This document shows, piece by piece, positions 62,175 through 64,000 of a DNA stretch of 64,000 bases (position 1 is its first letter; the number at the start of each line of letters is the position of its first letter). Origin of the DNA: a bacterium (lineage in GTDB: Bacteria > Hinthialibacterota > Hinthialibacteria > Hinthialibacterales > Hinthialibacteraceae); assembly GCA_963663405.2 (NCBI GenBank), contig CAXXSM010000053.1, positions 194,568-258,567 of the forward strand, given 5' to 3'. The translations under genes and the position numbers were made by a program. The notes under the pieces were generated by a model. The model made no database searches and was not told the DNA's origin. It saw nothing but the letters and a program-made list of their open reading frames with translations.

Positions 62175-64000
62175 CTATTTCGTAATTGTGTCTCCTTGTG
62201 TAGGATCGATTTTTAAATCGGGTATAAGATGGCCGTCCGAATCGGTGATCCGGAAGGAGAATTTCCATTCTGGATTGTCATTCAGGTGATAGGTTTTGAT
62301 CAGGATAGAATTCCATCCTTTTTTGAAACGCGCCTGTGGAAGATACCGGTTCGCTCCCAATTGCCGTGACACACCCGCGCCCCCATACCTGCCCGAAGAC
62401 GGGGCGGTCGTTGATCCAGACGCGGAATCCATCGGACGCTTCAAACGCGTAGCCAAGGGTTTGGTCCTCTGAACACCAAACATATGTAATCGCCATCGCC
62501 GCGCTGTCTTTTTTGGATTTAAACGCGGAAGCGAGATTGGCAGAGCCTTGTCCATCCGGGAAGGGACGTATCCATGAGATTTTTCCGTTTTTCGATTTGG
62601 AGGTTACATCCAGCCGGTTTCTTGTATTCAGTCCGGGGATATCCGATGGAGCCGCTTCTCTTTCTACTGGCCCATAGATCCACCAATCTTGAATGTTGGT
62701 TTGATCAAGGAGTTTCTTTTCCACTTCTCTAGCGAGCCGTTCGGCTTTGTATTTGAGGGGATCCGCATCGGGGCATTGTTTAATGACGCGGTCACACCAT
62801 TTGTATGCGCTTTCCGGGCTGGAATCTTGTATTTTTTCAGCGATCGCAAGGGCGAGAGAAGAAAATTCGGACGCGTTAGGATACTTTGTTTTAAACTGAT
62901 CCAGAGTTTGTTCGGCTAAGCATAATCCATTGTTCTGTTCCAAATGGAGTTTGACAATTGAGACCCACGATTGTTCGCAGTAGGAGTCTAATTCGGGGAA
63001 AGAGTCAATCATTCTATGGTACGTATTAATTGAATCCTCGACCTGTCCCAGCGCCCGGTGGGAATCGGCGATGAGTATTAGAGAGAGCGCCACCCAATTG
63101 CGGAGGTGTGGGATATTTCTCTCTTCTACGCTGGATAGGAAGGAGATGGCGCTGATCAGCAGGGCCTCTTTTTCTTTTCCGACTTTCGTGAAGGCGTTGT
63201 TGTAGAGTTTTAATCCCGTCCGGAAAAGATCTTCCGCGTTATCATCCTCATTGGCGGATAAGGTCAGCGCCGTAGAGCTTCGCCCGGCCGCTGTGTGGAT
63301 CGAAGAGGATTCATCCGCGGCGGTCATTGTTGGGAGATCGTGATTCAAGCGCGGTTTTCGCTGATCCACGTTTAGGAGCGGTACCCAGTTTATCGAAATA
63401 GGATTCCTTTTCCGGTTCTGAAGTCAGACTGGATTTTGCCGATGTTTCAACTCCGGAGGCCAGTAGTTCTTCTTGTTCCAATCGATAGCGTGTTTTTACC
63501 TCCGGAACCGATGCGATTTTGTTTTCTTCTTTTTGGAAGCTTGGCGCTGGAGACTTTGCGGGAGTTTTTTCAAAGACTGCAGGACTTATTCCCATTTTAT
63601 GTTCAGAATATTTTTCGTTGATCCTGCGTCCGGATTTTTCCCGTCTATTCATTTCTTCCGATTGGGAAGGATCGATATCGCTTAGAGCGATTGTCCCGCT
63701 GGAATCGGACGAAGTGGAGAAATAGCCTTGATTGAAGGCCAATCCAACGCAGATCATCGCGAGAATCCCCGCTGCGGCGGCGTACCAAGTGTAGGAACGC
63801 TGGACAGAAGAGATCGGATCCGCTTCGATTCGCCGCGCGGCTTGCAGGATGGATCGTTCGAGCAGGAGAGGAACCGTCTCATCCGGAAGGGATTTCATGA
63901 AGGCGTGGCTCTCCTGCGCCTGTTCCCATTCCGCCGCGCAGACGGGACAGGTTTCGAGGTGCCGTTGGAGGGGCGCTTCGTCTTGGGGAGAGATTTCTCC
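62175..64000 (-). CDS. ZAS (zf-HC2) anti-sigma-like membrane protein with TPR region and C-terminal beta-sandwich; 5' end outside the window; frameshifts
   Basis: Manual translation from 64000: GEISPQDEAPLQRHLETCPVCAAEW (HxxxCxxC); TM WYAAAAGILAMICVGLAF; TPR-like helices; WWIYGP...SDGFRVWIND...KKGWNSILIK. Confidence 0.8.

Overview
This is 64 kb of bacterial chromosomal DNA of moderate GC, rich in Sec- and Tat-exported glycan-active and beta-propeller proteins. The gene repertoire and C-terminal protein tails suggest a PVC-like or candidate-phylum heterotroph such as Hinthialibacterota/Sumerlaeota; that assignment is inference only. No rRNA, tRNA, CRISPR-cas, integrase or intact transposase was recognised. 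Housekeeping and metabolic genes include asd, a Cys/Met PLP enzyme, ZntB/CorA, an MscK-like channel, an iron-sulfur flavoprotein, GlgA-like and GH57, an S9 peptidase, GH140 and an OPT transporter. Frameshifts are rare before about 33 kb and become dense after about 50 kb, often in homopolymers, which points to sequencing error; split genes are therefore reported as single reconstructed CDSs. The most notable items are: (1) an AmmeMemoRadiSam operon (AmrB-AmrA fusion, DUF362 protein, AmrS radical SAM) in which all three proteins appear to carry export signals, bracketed by clusters of one repeat family; (2) a glycogen synthase homolog with substitutions in several conserved motifs; (3) a ZAS anti-sigma/TPR gene followed by a thioester alpha-2-macroglobulin carrying a GspG-like motif and a Gly/Met-rich bait region; (4) three or four families of small intergenic palindromic repeats, a collapsed PIN-toxin module, a candidate C-terminal sorting motif and a duplicated unrecognised domain.
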